Program-made: the position numbers and the translations under genes
Assembly (NCBI GenBank): GCA_043820455.1
Contig: JBDRDU010000073.1
Span: forward strand, 1 to 36,972
Length of the DNA: 36,972 nucleotides
Reading direction: 5' to 3'
Source: a bacterium
GTDB taxonomy: Bacteria > Margulisbacteria > WOR-1 > CAVSGV01
The notes under the pieces: generated by a model
The model's input: only the letters and a program-made list of their open reading frames with translations
Databases searched by the model: none
Told to the model about the DNA's origin: nothing
Shown: positions 1 to 9,571 of the stretch, one piece after another
Numbering within the stretch: the first letter of the stretch is position 1
How the letters are laid out: each line of letters starts with the position of its first letter

Positions 1-291
1 AGTCTTTTCGTTGCAGCTGACCTTAATGAGCATCAGTTCTCTTTCTACTGCGACATCTTTTGGGATATCAAATACTTTAATGACGTCTATCAGCTTGTAA
101 AGCTGCTTTGTTATCTGCTCAAGCACATTGTCATCACCGGAGGCGACAATGGTCATTCTGGAGACCGAGTCGTCCTCGGTCGTTCCGACCGCCAAAGATT
201 CAATATTGAACCCTCGCCTGGCAAAAAGGCCTGCCACCCTGGCAAGTACCCCGGGTTTATTTTCAACTAAAACTGAAATAGTATGTTTCAT
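1..291 (-). CDS. ilvN: Acetolactate synthase small (regulatory) subunit, 3' end beyond window
   Basis: Manual translation from ATG at 291: [36 protein letters not shown], the ACT-domain signature; directly follows ilvB. Confidence 0.95.
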   Translation of the reverse strand, partial: MKHTISVLVENKPGVLARVAGLFARRGFNIESLAVGTTEDDSVSRMTIVASGDDNVLEQITKQLYKLIDVIKVFDIPKDVAVERELMLIKVSCNEKT

Positions 292-292
292 T

Positions 293-1966
293 TCAATCAA
301 CCAGCATTTCGTTTATTGCCTGCCCAACAGGCACGAAGGGGAACACGTTCTCCCCCCTTGCCACTTTAAAATCGATCAGAGTGGGCCGGTCCTTGATGGT
401 TAAAGATTCCTCGATGGCCGGTCTTACTTCCTCGATCTTCGTGACCACAATGCTTTTTGCTCCGTATGCTTCTGCGATCCTCGCAAGGTCGGGATTCCCT
501 TCCAGATCCGTTTGTGAATATCTTTTTCCGTGCAAAAGCTCCTGCCACTGTCTTACCATCCCAAGATATGCGTTATCAAGCACAGCGATCTTGACGGGAA
601 GCTTGTTATTTACCGCAGTTGTCAACTCCTGAATGTTCATCTGGATGCTTCCGTCGCCCGCAATGTCGAACACTATTTTATCAGGGCAGCCGAACTGGGC
701 GCCTATTGCGGCCGGCAGTCCATATCCCATTGTTCCAAGGCCTCCCGAGGAGATCATAGTCCTTGGTTTTGTGAACTTGTAGTACTGGGAAGCCCACATC
801 TGGTTCTGGCCTACTTCGGTCGCTATGATCGCTTCGCCCTTGGTAGCTTCATATATCTGCTCCACGACATATTCCGGCTTGATCTCGCCGGTCTTTTTGT
901 ATGACAGCGGATACTTGCTCTTCCATTCATCCACTTGCGCAAGCCACGGCGCATGGTCGCTCTTTACTGAGACTTTTTCGACAAGTTCCTTGAGTACGGT
1001 CTTAACATCGCCCACAATAGGTATGTCGACTTTTACGTTCTTTCCTATCTCAGCGGGATCTATATCTATATGTATGTGCCTTGCTTTCGGCGCGAATTTC
1101 TCAATGTGTCCCGTTACCCTGTCGTCGAACCTTGCTCCTATCGCGATGAGAAGGTCGCATTCCTGGATGGAATAATTTGCGTATACTGTCCCGTGCATCC
1201 CCGGCATCCCCAGCGAAAGCTTGTTCGTTTCCGGGAATCCGCCCTTTCCAAGCAGTGTAGTTGTTACCGGAATGTTGCATTTTATCGCAAGTTCGGTCAA
1301 TTCTTTTGATGCGCCGGACGCGATCACGCCTCCGCCGGAGTAGATCACAGGCCTTTTTGACAGCGCTATCGCGGCTGCCGCCGCTACTATCTGTTTGGGA
1401 TGACCTTCATGCTTTGGTTTGTAGCTCAGGATACTTACTTTTTCCGGATACTTAAAATCGATCTTTGCCATCTGAATATCCTTCGGTAGATCAATAAGCA
1501 CAGGACCGGGCCTTCCGGACCTTGCGATGTAAAAAGCTTCCTTGAATATCCTTGGAATATCCTTTGAGTCTTTTATCAAATAGTTATGCTTGGTTATCGG
1601 AGTTGTTATTCCGGTTATATCAGCTTCTTGGAACGAATCCCTGCCGATAAATGCTGTTCCTACCTGGCCGGTTATTGCAACGACAGGTATTGAATCCATA
1701 TATGCTGTGGCTATTCCGGTCACAAGATTGGTCGCGCCGGGACCCGATGTTGCCAGACATACGCCGACCTTGCCAGTCGCCCTTGCGTACCCATCGGCTG
1801 CATGGGCGGCTCCCTGTTCATGGCGCACAAGTATGTGTTTTAAGTCCTTTTCATAATACAAAGCGTCATAAAGCGGCAGTACCGACCCGCCGGGGTATCC
1901 AAAGATCAAGTCTACCCCTTCTTTTTTAAGACATTCAAGTATTGCCTGCGCGCCCGTTAGTTCCAT
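293..1966 (-). CDS. ilvB: Acetolactate synthase large subunit
   Basis: MELTGAQ start, [20 protein letters not shown] and ThDP motif GDGSIQMN...DN; start trimmed from 2023 to the ATG at 1966. Confidence 0.96.
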   Translation of the reverse strand: MELTGAQAILECLKKEGVDLIFGYPGGSVLPLYDALYYEKDLKHILVRHEQGAAHAADGYARATGKVGVCLATSGPGATNLVTGIATAYMDSIPVVAITGQVGTAFIGRDSFQEADITGITTPITKHNYLIKDSKDIPRIFKEAFYIARSGRPGPVLIDLPKDIQMAKIDFKYPEKVSILSYKPKHEGHPKQIVAAAAAIALSKRPVIYSGGGVIASGASKELTELAIKCNIPVTTTLLGKGGFPETNKLSLGMPGMHGTVYANYSIQECDLLIAIGARFDDRVTGHIEKFAPKARHIHIDIDPAEIGKNVKVDIPIVGDVKTVLKELVEKVSVKSDHAPWLAQVDEWKSKYPLSYKKTGEIKPEYVVEQIYEATKGEAIIATEVGQNQMWASQYYKFTKPRTMISSGGLGTMGYGLPAAIGAQFGCPDKIVFDIAGDGSIQMNIQELTTAVNNKLPVKIAVLDNAYLGMVRQWQELLHGKRYSQTDLEGNPDLARIAEAYGAKSIVVTKIEEVRPAIEESLTIKDRPTLIDFKVARGENVFPFVPVGQAINEMLVD

Positions 1967-1967
1967 T

Positions 1968-3620
1968 TTATTTAAGCACCGCTCCCGTGTTCGCTGACGT
2001 AACGAACCTCGCGTATCTTGCAAGCCATCCGGTCTTTACCTTTGGCTCCGGCGCTTTCCACATGGACCTTCTTTTTGCCATTTCCGCGTCGGAGATCTTC
2101 GCGTTTATTTTTCTTGCAGGGATATCGATCTCGATAGTATCGCCGTCTTTGAGCAAGGCGATCGGTCCGCCTTCCATCGCTTCCGGCGATACGTGGCCGA
2201 TGCAGGGACCCTGTGTTCCGCCGGAGAATCTGCCATCCGTTATCAATGCCACGGAATCGGACAATCCCATTCCGGTCAATGCTGAAGTAGGGGAGAGCAT
2301 TTCTCTCATTCCGGGACCGCCTTTCGGCCCTTCGTAGCGGATAACAACAACATCGCCAGCCTTGATCTTCTTGTCCATGATCGCTTTCATGGCGTCTTCC
2401 TCGCGGTCAAAAACCTTTGCTGCTCCGGTGATCCTTTGCGCTTTTTCGGAAACCGCAGTTTGCTTTACGACAGAACCGTCCGGCGCTATATTGCCCTTTA
2501 GAACTGCGATCCCGCCTTCCTTATGGAAAGAATTGTCGTGGCTTCGGATGACGTTCGGATCAAAAATGATCCCGTCCTTTGCAATGTCGCGAATATTCCT
2601 GCCGTTAACGGTCTCAGCATTAAGAAGCTTGTCTTTTAGTGAATGCAGCACTCCCGGCATCCCGCCGGCGTATTCAAGGTCTTCCATGAAGAATTCCCCG
2701 GACGGTCTCAAACTTGTGATGTGAGGCGTGTCCCTGCTTATCTCGTCAAAATCATCAAGGTTAAGCTCTATGCCAAGCTCATGAGAGATCGCCGGAAGAT
2801 GAAGCGTGGTATTTGATGACCCTCCAATGGCCATATCCAACCTGATGGCATTGATGAACGCATTTTTTGTCATTATATTTCTCGGCGTCATATCCTCTTT
2901 GACCAAAGCAACTATTCTCTCGCCCGAAGCATGAGCGATCCTCTTTTTCTTTGATGATACGGCAAGGGATGTTCCGCATCCTGTAAGCGACATCCCAAGA
3001 GCTTCGGTCAGGCATGACATGGTGTTGGCCGTATAAAGCCCGGCGCATGATCCCGGTCCGGGGCAGGCGTTTTCCTCAAAACAGTTCAATTCTGCCTCTG
3101 TGATCTTTCCGGCCCTTACTGCTCCCGCAGCTTCGAAAGTATCCTTTACCAGGTCAAGTTTCCTCATTTTATAGCGACCGGTGAGCATGGGCCCCACGGT
3201 TACGATGATCGTCGGGATATTCAGCCTTCCGGCTGCCATAAGCATTCCGGGGGTTATTTTGTCGCAAGCGGTCAGCATCACCAGTCCGTCAAGCTTGTGA
3301 GCTTCCGCTATTGATTCTATCGAATCAGCTATCAATTCTCTTGACGGCAGGGAGTAATGCATTCCGCCGTGTCCCATTGCTATTCCGTCGCATATCGCAG
3401 GGAGTCCGAAAATAAAAGGCATGCCTCCCCCGGCTGATACGCCGTTCTCAATGGCCCGCTCAAATTCCCTCATTGTCACATGCCCTGGCACGAGGTCGGT
3501 GAAACTTGATGCTATTCCAATGAAAGGCTTGTTCAAGCCTTGTTTAGTGACACCGGTTGCGTAAAGAAGAGCCCTGTTCCCCGCTCTTTCGAGCCCTTTT
3601 TTCACTTCATCGCTTCTCAT
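1968..3620 (-). CDS. ilvD: Dihydroxy-acid dehydratase
   Basis: [45 protein letters not shown] motifs; SD GGAGGT at 3632-3627. Confidence 0.97.
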   Translation of the reverse strand: MRSDEVKKGLERAGNRALLYATGVTKQGLNKPFIGIASSFTDLVPGHVTMREFERAIENGVSAGGGMPFIFGLPAICDGIAMGHGGMHYSLPSRELIADSIESIAEAHKLDGLVMLTACDKITPGMLMAAGRLNIPTIIVTVGPMLTGRYKMRKLDLVKDTFEAAGAVRAGKITEAELNCFEENACPGPGSCAGLYTANTMSCLTEALGMSLTGCGTSLAVSSKKKRIAHASGERIVALVKEDMTPRNIMTKNAFINAIRLDMAIGGSSNTTLHLPAISHELGIELNLDDFDEISRDTPHITSLRPSGEFFMEDLEYAGGMPGVLHSLKDKLLNAETVNGRNIRDIAKDGIIFDPNVIRSHDNSFHKEGGIAVLKGNIAPDGSVVKQTAVSEKAQRITGAAKVFDREEDAMKAIMDKKIKAGDVVVIRYEGPKGGPGMREMLSPTSALTGMGLSDSVALITDGRFSGGTQGPCIGHVSPEAMEGGPIALLKDGDTIEIDIPARKINAKISDAEMAKRRSMWKAPEPKVKTGWLARYARFVTSANTGAVLK

Positions 3621-3646
3621 TATAGTACCTCCATATGATGTGGGCT

Positions 3647-3655
3647 ATTTTATCA
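3647..3655 (-). promoter_or_regulatory. Extended -10 promoter for ilvDBN (TGATAAAAT)
   Basis: TGn-TAAAAT just upstream of the ilvD SD. Confidence 0.55.
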
Positions 3656-3744
3656 CATATTTTATGTTTTTGGGTGGGATTTTTAATGGATTTTTCCGAT
3701 ATATATGTAGTAAGGGATTTAATTTGTCATTGGAAATTGGTCAT

Positions 3745-3884
3745 TTGTCATTACGCGTTAGCGTTGCTGGGTTGTTCGTGACTTGTTTAAAGATTGGTAG
3801 ACTATTTCTCTGATTAAGTTCGGAGAATCCTTTAAGTACTACTTTACTTTAACTAGACGGCAACCCAGTTTATTTTAATGACAA
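3745..3884. ncRNA. Candidate structured RNA (rod-like hairpin, 6S-like topology)
   Basis: Nested inverted repeats TTGTCATTA/TAATGACAA (3745-3753/3876-3884) and CTGGGTTG/CAACCCAG (3767-3774/3861-3868), plus inner TTAAAG/CTTTAA and TTCTC/GAGAA pairings; minus-strand promoter at 3889-3916. Confidence 0.4.
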
Positions 3885-3888
3885 GTTT

Positions 3889-3916
3889 AGTATAGCAGAT
3901 TTTTTATATAAATCAA
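3889..3916 (-). promoter_or_regulatory. Sigma70-type promoter TTGATT-N16-TATACT with extended TG
   Basis: Consensus match on the minus strand, pointing into the 3745-3884 hairpin. Confidence 0.55.
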
Positions 3917-3945
3917 TAAGAAATTTACTCAGCCCAATCTTTAAA

Positions 3946-4036
3946 AAATCCCAACCTCAAACCACAAACCTCCAAACAACTCACAAATCCAAAATCACAA
4001 CGTTTGGGATTTGGATGTTTGAAGTTGGAAGTTGAA
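3946..4036. repeat. Degenerate heptamer tract (AAATCCC/AACCTCA/AAATCCA) followed by its inverted copy
   Basis: aaatccc aacctca aaccaca aacctcc aaac aactcac aaatcca aaatcac then tttgggatttggatgtttgaagttggaagttg. Confidence 0.8.
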
Positions 4037-4054
4037 ATGTGTTATAATCCAGCC

Positions 4055-5188
4055 ATGCTAAGATATTTAACAGCAGGAGAATCACACGGGAAAGCGATAG
4101 TAGCCATACTTGAAGGCATGCCGGCCAACCTTAAGGTCTCCCCGGAAGACATTGATCAAGAGCTTAAAAGAAGACGGCTCGGGTATGGGCGTGGAGAGCG
4201 CATGTCCATAGAGAATGACAAGATCGAGATACTCTCGGGCATACGGCTCGGGAAGACCTTGGGCAGCCCGATAGCCCTTATGGTAAATAACCTCGATTAC
4301 GAGAACTGGAAAAAGATAATGCCCATTGAAGGGTCCAAGAACATATTTCAGGAGCCCTTGACGGCGCTGAGGCCGGGCCACGCGGACCTGACAGGCTGCA
4401 TCAAATACGGCCAGCAGGACATAAGGAACATATTGGAGCGGGCCAGTGCCAGGGGAACAGTTTCCCTGGTAGCCGTCGGCGCAATAGCCAAAAAGTTCCT
4501 TTCGGAATTCAAGATCTCTATCTTCAGCCACGTTGTCCAGATCGGCGGCGTAAAAGCTTCACTTGAAAAAAAGAAATATGAAGAATTGCATCGAATAGCG
4601 GAAGGGTCGGATGTCAGGTGTGCAGATGAGAAAGCGGCGATCCGCATGAGAAAAGAGATTGATGCGGCAAAAGATAATAAGGACTCGGTCGGCGGAGCGT
4701 TCGAAGTGGTGGTGCTTGGCGCTCCGGTAGGGCTCGGCAGCCATGTGCATCCGGACAGAAGGCTTTCCGGCAGGCTTGCCTCGGCTGTCATGTCCATCCA
4801 GGGGATCAAAGGAGTTGAAATGGGACTAGGATTTGCGGTCGCTTCAATTCCCGGATCAAAGGCCCACGATGAGATATTCTATGAGAACGAAAAATTTACA
4901 AGGCATACGAATAACGCCGGAGGCCTTGAAGGCGGAATAACCAACGGCGAGCCGATCATCATAAGGGCTGTAATAAAGCCTGTAGCGACGATAGGCAAGC
5001 CGCTTAACTCCGTTGATATTGTCACAAAAGAGCCTGTCAAAGCGCACGTTGAAAGGGCAGATGTGTGCCATGTGCCGTCGGCAGGGGTTATTGCGGAAGC
5101 TTCCGTGGCCATTGAGATCGCCAACGCGTTCCTTGAAAAATTCGGCGGCGACAGCATGGAAGAAATTGCCAATCGGTACAACGCGTGA
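4055..5188 (+). CDS. aroC: Chorismate synthase
   Basis: MLRYLTAGESHG start, RPGHAD, ERASAR, NNAGGLEGG; start trimmed to 4055; extended -10 at 4040-4048. Confidence 0.97.
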   Translation: MLRYLTAGESHGKAIVAILEGMPANLKVSPEDIDQELKRRRLGYGRGERMSIENDKIEILSGIRLGKTLGSPIALMVNNLDYENWKKIMPIEGSKNIFQEPLTALRPGHADLTGCIKYGQQDIRNILERASARGTVSLVAVGAIAKKFLSEFKISIFSHVVQIGGVKASLEKKKYEELHRIAEGSDVRCADEKAAIRMRKEIDAAKDNKDSVGGAFEVVVLGAPVGLGSHVHPDRRLSGRLASAVMSIQGIKGVEMGLGFAVASIPGSKAHDEIFYENEKFTRHTNNAGGLEGGITNGEPIIIRAVIKPVATIGKPLNSVDIVTKEPVKAHVERADVCHVPSAGVIAEASVAIEIANAFLEKFGGDSMEEIANRYNA

Positions 5189-5233
5189 TATAATTATGAG
5201 GTTCACTAAAAATCAACAGGAGGCATTGATCAA

Positions 5234-5605
5234 TTGTCAGTAAAAATAAGGCTTTCAAGGGTTGGAGCAAAAGGACAGCCCTCATACAGAGTGGTAGTAG
5301 CGGATGAAAGGGCTGCCAGAAACGGCAACATCATCGAAATTGTCGGGCATTATAACCCGCTCGTTGAACCCTCCTCATTTAATGTTGATAAGGATAAGGT
5401 CCTGGAATGGATCAAAAAAGGGGCCATCCCCACGCCGACGGTCCGTAAAATGCTCGGCAAGGCCGGCGTATTAAAACCTGTTGATTTTTCCACTTTCAAG
5501 AAGCGCGCCTCGAAACAAAAAGGCACTGCAGAAGAAGCTCTGGCGGCAAAAGCCCCGGAAGCCAAGCCTGCAGCAGAGGAAAAGAAACAGGCGGAAGCGC
5601 AATGA
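5234..5605 (+). CDS. rpsP: 30S ribosomal protein S16 with Ala/Lys/Glu-rich C-terminal tail
   Basis: SVKIRLSRVG...YRVVVAD...IEIVGHYNP; TTG start with GGAGG SD. Confidence 0.96.
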   Translation: MSVKIRLSRVGAKGQPSYRVVVADERAARNGNIIEIVGHYNPLVEPSSFNVDKDKVLEWIKKGAIPTPTVRKMLGKAGVLKPVDFSTFKKRASKQKGTAEEALAAKAPEAKPAAEEKKQAEAQ

Positions 5606-5844
5606 AGGAATTGGTAGAATATTTAGTTAAGGCCTTGGTGGACAAACCGGAAGAGGTCAATGTATCACAGACCGAAGGAGAATCAGTGACGATGATCGAG
5701 ATAAGGGCTGCCGCGGACGATGCGGGCAAGGTCATAGGCAAGGAAGGCAGGATCGCGAACGCGATAAGAACGCTGGTGAAGGCAGCTGGGGCAAAGAGCC
5801 AAAAAAGGGTTACAGTTGAAATAATGACAGAAGAGAGGAAGTGA
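5602..5844 (+). CDS. khpA: KH-domain RNA-binding protein (KhpA/YlqC)
   Basis: MKELVEYLVKALVD and GKVIGKEG (GxxG loop); canonical position after rpsP. Confidence 0.92.
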   Translation: MKELVEYLVKALVDKPEEVNVSQTEGESVTMIEIRAAADDAGKVIGKEGRIANAIRTLVKAAGAKSQKRVTVEIMTEERK

Positions 5845-5848
5845 GCTT

Positions 5849-6274
5849 ATGGCAGAAAAAGTTATCGAATTGAAAAGGGTGGTAATGGTAAAGGCGGTAG
5901 TTACAGAGGCTTTCAAGGACAATCTTGTCAAAGAGCTTGACAGGGCGATGAAAAATCTGGATGCGCAGGCGCAGCAGATGGATTTTCAGGCAAAGACATA
6001 CATGGAGGACCTTAAGAAAAAAGGAATGATCTCCCAAATGACGGCGTTCAAGCATCAGCTTGACGAAGAAAAGGGCAGACAGGCCGCGACGAAATCGGAC
6101 CTTTTATTGAAAATAGAAGAGGCGAAAAAGCTTGTATTGAACACGGAGTTCATACAAGGCCCGCTGGAGGGTCCAGTTGTTGTTAAAACAGGAGATAATC
6201 TTTACAAAAAGATCGGCGCCGCCGAGATACTCGTAAAAGACGGGATAATTCAGGAAGTAAGGAACGCAGAGTAA
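5849..6274 (+). CDS. YlqD-family protein
   Basis: LKRVVMVKAVVT start, coiled coil, V.TGDNL...EILVKDGII end; canonical position. Confidence 0.85.
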   Translation: MAEKVIELKRVVMVKAVVTEAFKDNLVKELDRAMKNLDAQAQQMDFQAKTYMEDLKKKGMISQMTAFKHQLDEEKGRQAATKSDLLLKIEEAKKLVLNTEFIQGPLEGPVVVKTGDNLYKKIGAAEILVKDGIIQEVRNAE

Positions 6275-6363
6275 ATCCCAATTCGCGGAGATAAACTCCG
6301 CTCTATGATTGAAAGAGCAGAGCTTGTCCCTGCGAAGATAGACAGCTACAAGCAGTATTAATT

Positions 6364-7143
6364 ATGAGAATCGATATTCTTACGCTTTTCCCCTCAATGT
6401 TCTCTCCGCTTGAGGAAAGCATAATAGGCAAAGCAAAAGACAAGGGCATCCTTGATATTGCCGTTACCGACATAAGAAGCTTTGCAAAAGACAAGCACAG
6501 GACAGCGGATGATACTCCCTATGGGGGAGGACCGGGAATGGTCATGAAGCCGGAGTTGATATTTGAAGCTGTTGAACATATAAAATCCTCCGCCAAAGGC
6601 GGATCCGCCTCAGGCGGAAAAACAAATCCAAAATCCAAATGTCAAAATCTCGATCAAAAAACGATATTACTTACGCCCGCGGGAAAAACTTTTGATCAGG
6701 ATACTGCCAAAGAATTATCAAAATATGATCACCTGATACTGATCTGTGGGCACTATGAGGGAGTGGATGAAAGGGTCAAGGATATCGTCGATGAGGAAAT
6801 ATCCATAGGAGATTATGTCCTTACAGGGGGCGAACTTGCCGCGATGGTCATTATTGATGCCGTATCCAGGTTCATTCCGAAGGTTTTAGGGGATGAATCT
6901 TCGTCCAAGGAGGATTCATTTTCCGATGATTTACTTGAACATCCCCAATATACAAAACCGGGCAGTTATCTGAACAAGAAAGTCCCGGAGGTCCTGCTTG
7001 GCGGGAACCACGGGAACATCGCCGGATGGAGAAGAGAACAAGCGGTCGTCAATACTTTTTTTAAAAGGCCGGACCTCCTGTCCAAAGCCGATATTACATC
7101 GAGCGATATGGCGTCATTGGAAAGGATATTTACGGGGGATTAA
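6364..7143 (+). CDS. trmD: tRNA (guanine37-N1)-methyltransferase with in-frame repeat insertion
   Basis: DDTPYGGGPGMVMK, CGHYEGVDER, SIGDYVLTGGE, LLEHPQYT. Confidence 0.97.
   Translation: MRIDILTLFPSMFSPLEESIIGKAKDKGILDIAVTDIRSFAKDKHRTADDTPYGGGPGMVMKPELIFEAVEHIKSSAKGGSASGGKTNPKSKCQNLDQKTILLTPAGKTFDQDTAKELSKYDHLILICGHYEGVDERVKDIVDEEISIGDYVLTGGELAAMVIIDAVSRFIPKVLGDESSSKEDSFSDDLLEHPQYTKPGSYLNKKVPEVLLGGNHGNIAGWRREQAVVNTFFKRPDLLSKADITSSDMASLERIFTGD
6582..6651 (+). repeat. In-frame insert in trmD: two 15-bp palindromes TCCGCC-NNN-GGCGGA inside a heptamer tract
   Basis: TCCGCCAAAGGCGGA (6589-6603) and TCCGCCTCAGGCGGA (6604-6618), then a aaac aaatcca aaatcca aatgtca aaatctc. Confidence 0.85.
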
Positions 7144-7144
7144 A

Positions 7145-7696
7145 ATGAACGTATACGTTGCACTGCTTCACTTTCCGGTATATAATAAGAACAAGGAAGT
7201 GGTCACGACCTGCGTGACCGGCTTTGATCTTTCCGACATAGCCAGAAGTTGTTGCACTTACGGGATCAAGAAATACTTTGTCGTGAATCCCATAAGCGGG
7301 CAGCGCCAGTTCGCGGAGAGGATCTTGAACCACTGGAAAAAAGAAGAGAGCTTGGATTTCAATTCCACAAGGGTTGAAGCTCTTAATTTAGTATCAATAA
7401 AAAAAGAATTAAAAGAAGTCATTGATGAAGTAAGCAAGAGCGGCAGCCCGGTGGTGGTAGCCACCAGCGCAAGGAAAAAGGGAAGTTACCCGTACGTCAA
7501 GTTGCGGGAAGAGATCAGAAAAGGAAAGAGGCCCTATCTCATTCTTTTCGGTACAGGATGGGGGCTTTGTGAAGAGGTAATAGACGGAGCGGATATCGTG
7601 CTTCCGCCGATCACCGGGAAAACAAAGTATAACCATTTATCGGTAAGGAGCGCGGCGGCGATAATAATGGACAGGCTGTTCGCAGCAGAGGAGTGA
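7145..7696 (+). CDS. SPOUT-type SAM-dependent RNA methyltransferase (TrmD-associated family)
   Basis: YVALLHFPVYNK, DIARSCCTYG, LFGTGWGL, YNHLSVRSAAAIIMDRL; start trimmed to the ATG at 7145. Confidence 0.88.
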   Translation: MNVYVALLHFPVYNKNKEVVTTCVTGFDLSDIARSCCTYGIKKYFVVNPISGQRQFAERILNHWKKEESLDFNSTRVEALNLVSIKKELKEVIDEVSKSGSPVVVATSARKKGSYPYVKLREEIRKGKRPYLILFGTGWGLCEEVIDGADIVLPPITGKTKYNHLSVRSAAAIIMDRLFAAEE

Positions 7697-8106
7697 ATAA
7701 AGTGAGCATTATTCAGGATGTGGAAAAAAGTTTCATGAAAAAAGAGATACCTGCCTTTAATGTAGGTGACACTGTAAGGGTTTTCTCAAAGATAGTCGAA
7801 GGGGACAAGGAACGTCTTCAGGCATTTGAGGGGACCGTCATAAAAAAACGCGGCAGAGGGATAGGCGAGGTCGTAACCGTAAGAAAAGTGGTCCAGGAGG
7901 TAGGGATAGAAAAAACTTTCCCGCTCCATTCCCCAAGGGTGGATAAGATAAAGGTAATTAAATCCGGGCGCACCAGAAGAGCCAAGCTTTATTATTTAAG
8001 AGGACGCATAGGATCAAAAGCTCTTAAGATCGAAGAAGCAGTAACGGAAAAAACTGTCCCTGCTGAAGCTGCGGCGAGCAAGCCTGCTGCCACTCCGGAT
8101 AAATGA
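7693..8106 (+). CDS. rplS: 50S ribosomal protein L19
   Basis: FNVGDTVRV...EGDKERLQAFEG...RRAKLYYLR. Confidence 0.97.
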   Translation: MNKVSIIQDVEKSFMKKEIPAFNVGDTVRVFSKIVEGDKERLQAFEGTVIKKRGRGIGEVVTVRKVVQEVGIEKTFPLHSPRVDKIKVIKSGRTRRAKLYYLRGRIGSKALKIEEAVTEKTVPAEAAASKPAATPDK

Positions 8107-8834
8107 ACCGTCCAAGATTTGACCAAAAAAAATTCACTGCCCATGATTTTAAGGCAAAAGAATCTCTTTTAAATATTCTGAAACCCCAGAAAATAGAGGA
8201 ACCGCCCAAACCAAAGAAGCGGCCCTGGCTGCTCGACACGCTTAAAGTGTTCATTGCCGCATTCATCACAGCCCTGGTCATAAGGATGTTCCTTTTCCAG
8301 GTCTTTTATATTTCCACCAATTCCATGGAACCGGCATTAAGCGCCGGCGACGGGATCATTGTGAACAAGCTTATATACGGGATAACAAACCCGTTCTGGG
8401 GAGCGAATGATAAGGAAAAGCTCCTTTTTGTACTGCCGAACCCGTTACACAAAAAGCGCATGTATATCGCGAAGGCAAGGTACATAGCGAGATTTTCGCA
8501 TAGCCCGAAAAGGATGGATGTCATCGTGTTCAGGGCTCCCGCAAATGCCGGCGAGCTGGCAAAAAGAGTAATAGCGCTCCCCGGCGAAGAGATCAAGATC
8601 AGAAAAGGCGTTATTTATGCGAATGGAAGGCCTTTAAAAGGAAAATACGCGGTCCTTAAAAACAAGTCCGGCTTTGGACCGGTTAAGGTCCCTGCCGATT
8701 CGTATTTTGTCCTGGGGGACAATAGGTCCGATACAGGCGACAGCAGGCATTTGGGAGCTGTCTCACGGGATAATATAATAGGTGTTTTAGCCGCGAGAAT
8801 ATGGCCTTTGGGCAAGATCCGAACTTTTAAATGA
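8103..8834 (+). CDS. lepB: Signal peptidase I
   Basis: TM helix, SMEPAL catalytic Ser, KRVIALPGE catalytic Lys, FVLGDNR..S.DSR-like box. Confidence 0.9.
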   Translation: MNRPRFDQKKFTAHDFKAKESLLNILKPQKIEEPPKPKKRPWLLDTLKVFIAAFITALVIRMFLFQVFYISTNSMEPALSAGDGIIVNKLIYGITNPFWGANDKEKLLFVLPNPLHKKRMYIAKARYIARFSHSPKRMDVIVFRAPANAGELAKRVIALPGEEIKIRKGVIYANGRPLKGKYAVLKNKSGFGPVKVPADSYFVLGDNRSDTGDSRHLGAVSRDNIIGVLAARIWPLGKIRTFK

Positions 8835-9466
8835 TTGCCCCCTCGATGAGGCATGAGTTAAGATTGAAAAGACAGGGCGCAAGCTTTGTTGCCGGGGTGG
8901 ATGAAGTCGGGATCGGGCCTCTTGCCGGGCCTGTTGTTGCCGCTGCAGTGATCCTCCGCGATGATGTAAAGATAAAGGGACTGGACGATTCAAAAAGACT
9001 GACCCACGGGAGCAGAGAAAAATTGTACGGCATCATCATTGATTCATCCGTTTCCATCGGCATCGGCATAGTGGACAGCTGCATCATAGACAGGATAAAT
9101 ATCCTCCAAGCTTCATTAAGGGCAATGGAAGCCGCCGTGAACTCTCTTTCAGAAAAACCTGACCATATACTTGTTGACGGCATCAGAAAAATACCGGGCA
9201 TTGCAATCCCGCAGACGAGCATTAAATACGGGGACAGCATAGCATCAGTTATAGCGATAGCGTCCATAATTGCAAAAGTGTTCCGTGACAGGCTTATGGA
9301 ACATTATGATCGTGTTTATCCGCATTATGAGTTTTCGATCCATAAAGGCTATGGAACAAAAAGACATTTCAAGCTTCTTGGGAAATTCGGACCGACCGCG
9401 ATCCACAGGCTGTCCTATCAGCCGGTGATGGATTGCTTAATAGCCAAAGGGCTTATGTTCATATGA
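8831..9466 (+). CDS. rnhB: Ribonuclease HII
   Basis: AGVDEVG.GPLAGPV, DDSKRL, LVDG, AKVFRD, HKGYGT. Confidence 0.93.
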   Translation: MIAPSMRHELRLKRQGASFVAGVDEVGIGPLAGPVVAAAVILRDDVKIKGLDDSKRLTHGSREKLYGIIIDSSVSIGIGIVDSCIIDRINILQASLRAMEAAVNSLSEKPDHILVDGIRKIPGIAIPQTSIKYGDSIASVIAIASIIAKVFRDRLMEHYDRVYPHYEFSIHKGYGTKRHFKLLGKFGPTAIHRLSYQPVMDCLIAKGLMFI

Positions 9467-9488
9467 CATTCTGAAACCCAGAATTTGC

Positions 9489-9518
9489 TTGACATTCATG
9501 ACATGTGTGAGCTATAAT
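9489..9518 (+). promoter_or_regulatory. Sigma70 promoter of the HU gene (TTGACA-N18-TATAAT)
   Basis: Both hexamers are perfect consensus; AGGAGG SD downstream. Confidence 0.75.
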
Positions 9519-9571
9519 TCCAACAGAGTCTAGATTTCCTCTGACTATCTTTCGAAAAGGAGGTGAAATAG

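Noticed and set aside
3765-3870. SRP (4.5S) RNA or tRNA
   Set aside because: No conserved SRP domain IV (CAGG...GGAA...AGCA) and no cloverleaf
3621-3900. T-box or leader-peptide attenuator for the ilv operon
   Set aside because: No T-box consensus, no Ile/Leu/Val-rich leader ORF and no terminator before ilvD; ilvD has its own proximal -10
3946-4036. CRISPR array
   Set aside because: Units are degenerate 7-mers with no unique spacers, and no cas genes are present
4004-4054. N-terminal extensions in the ORF track (aroC; also 6998, 9966, 18866, 20478, 31213, 32837)
   Set aside because: They run through promoters, repeats or upstream genes; family homology begins at the downstream starts
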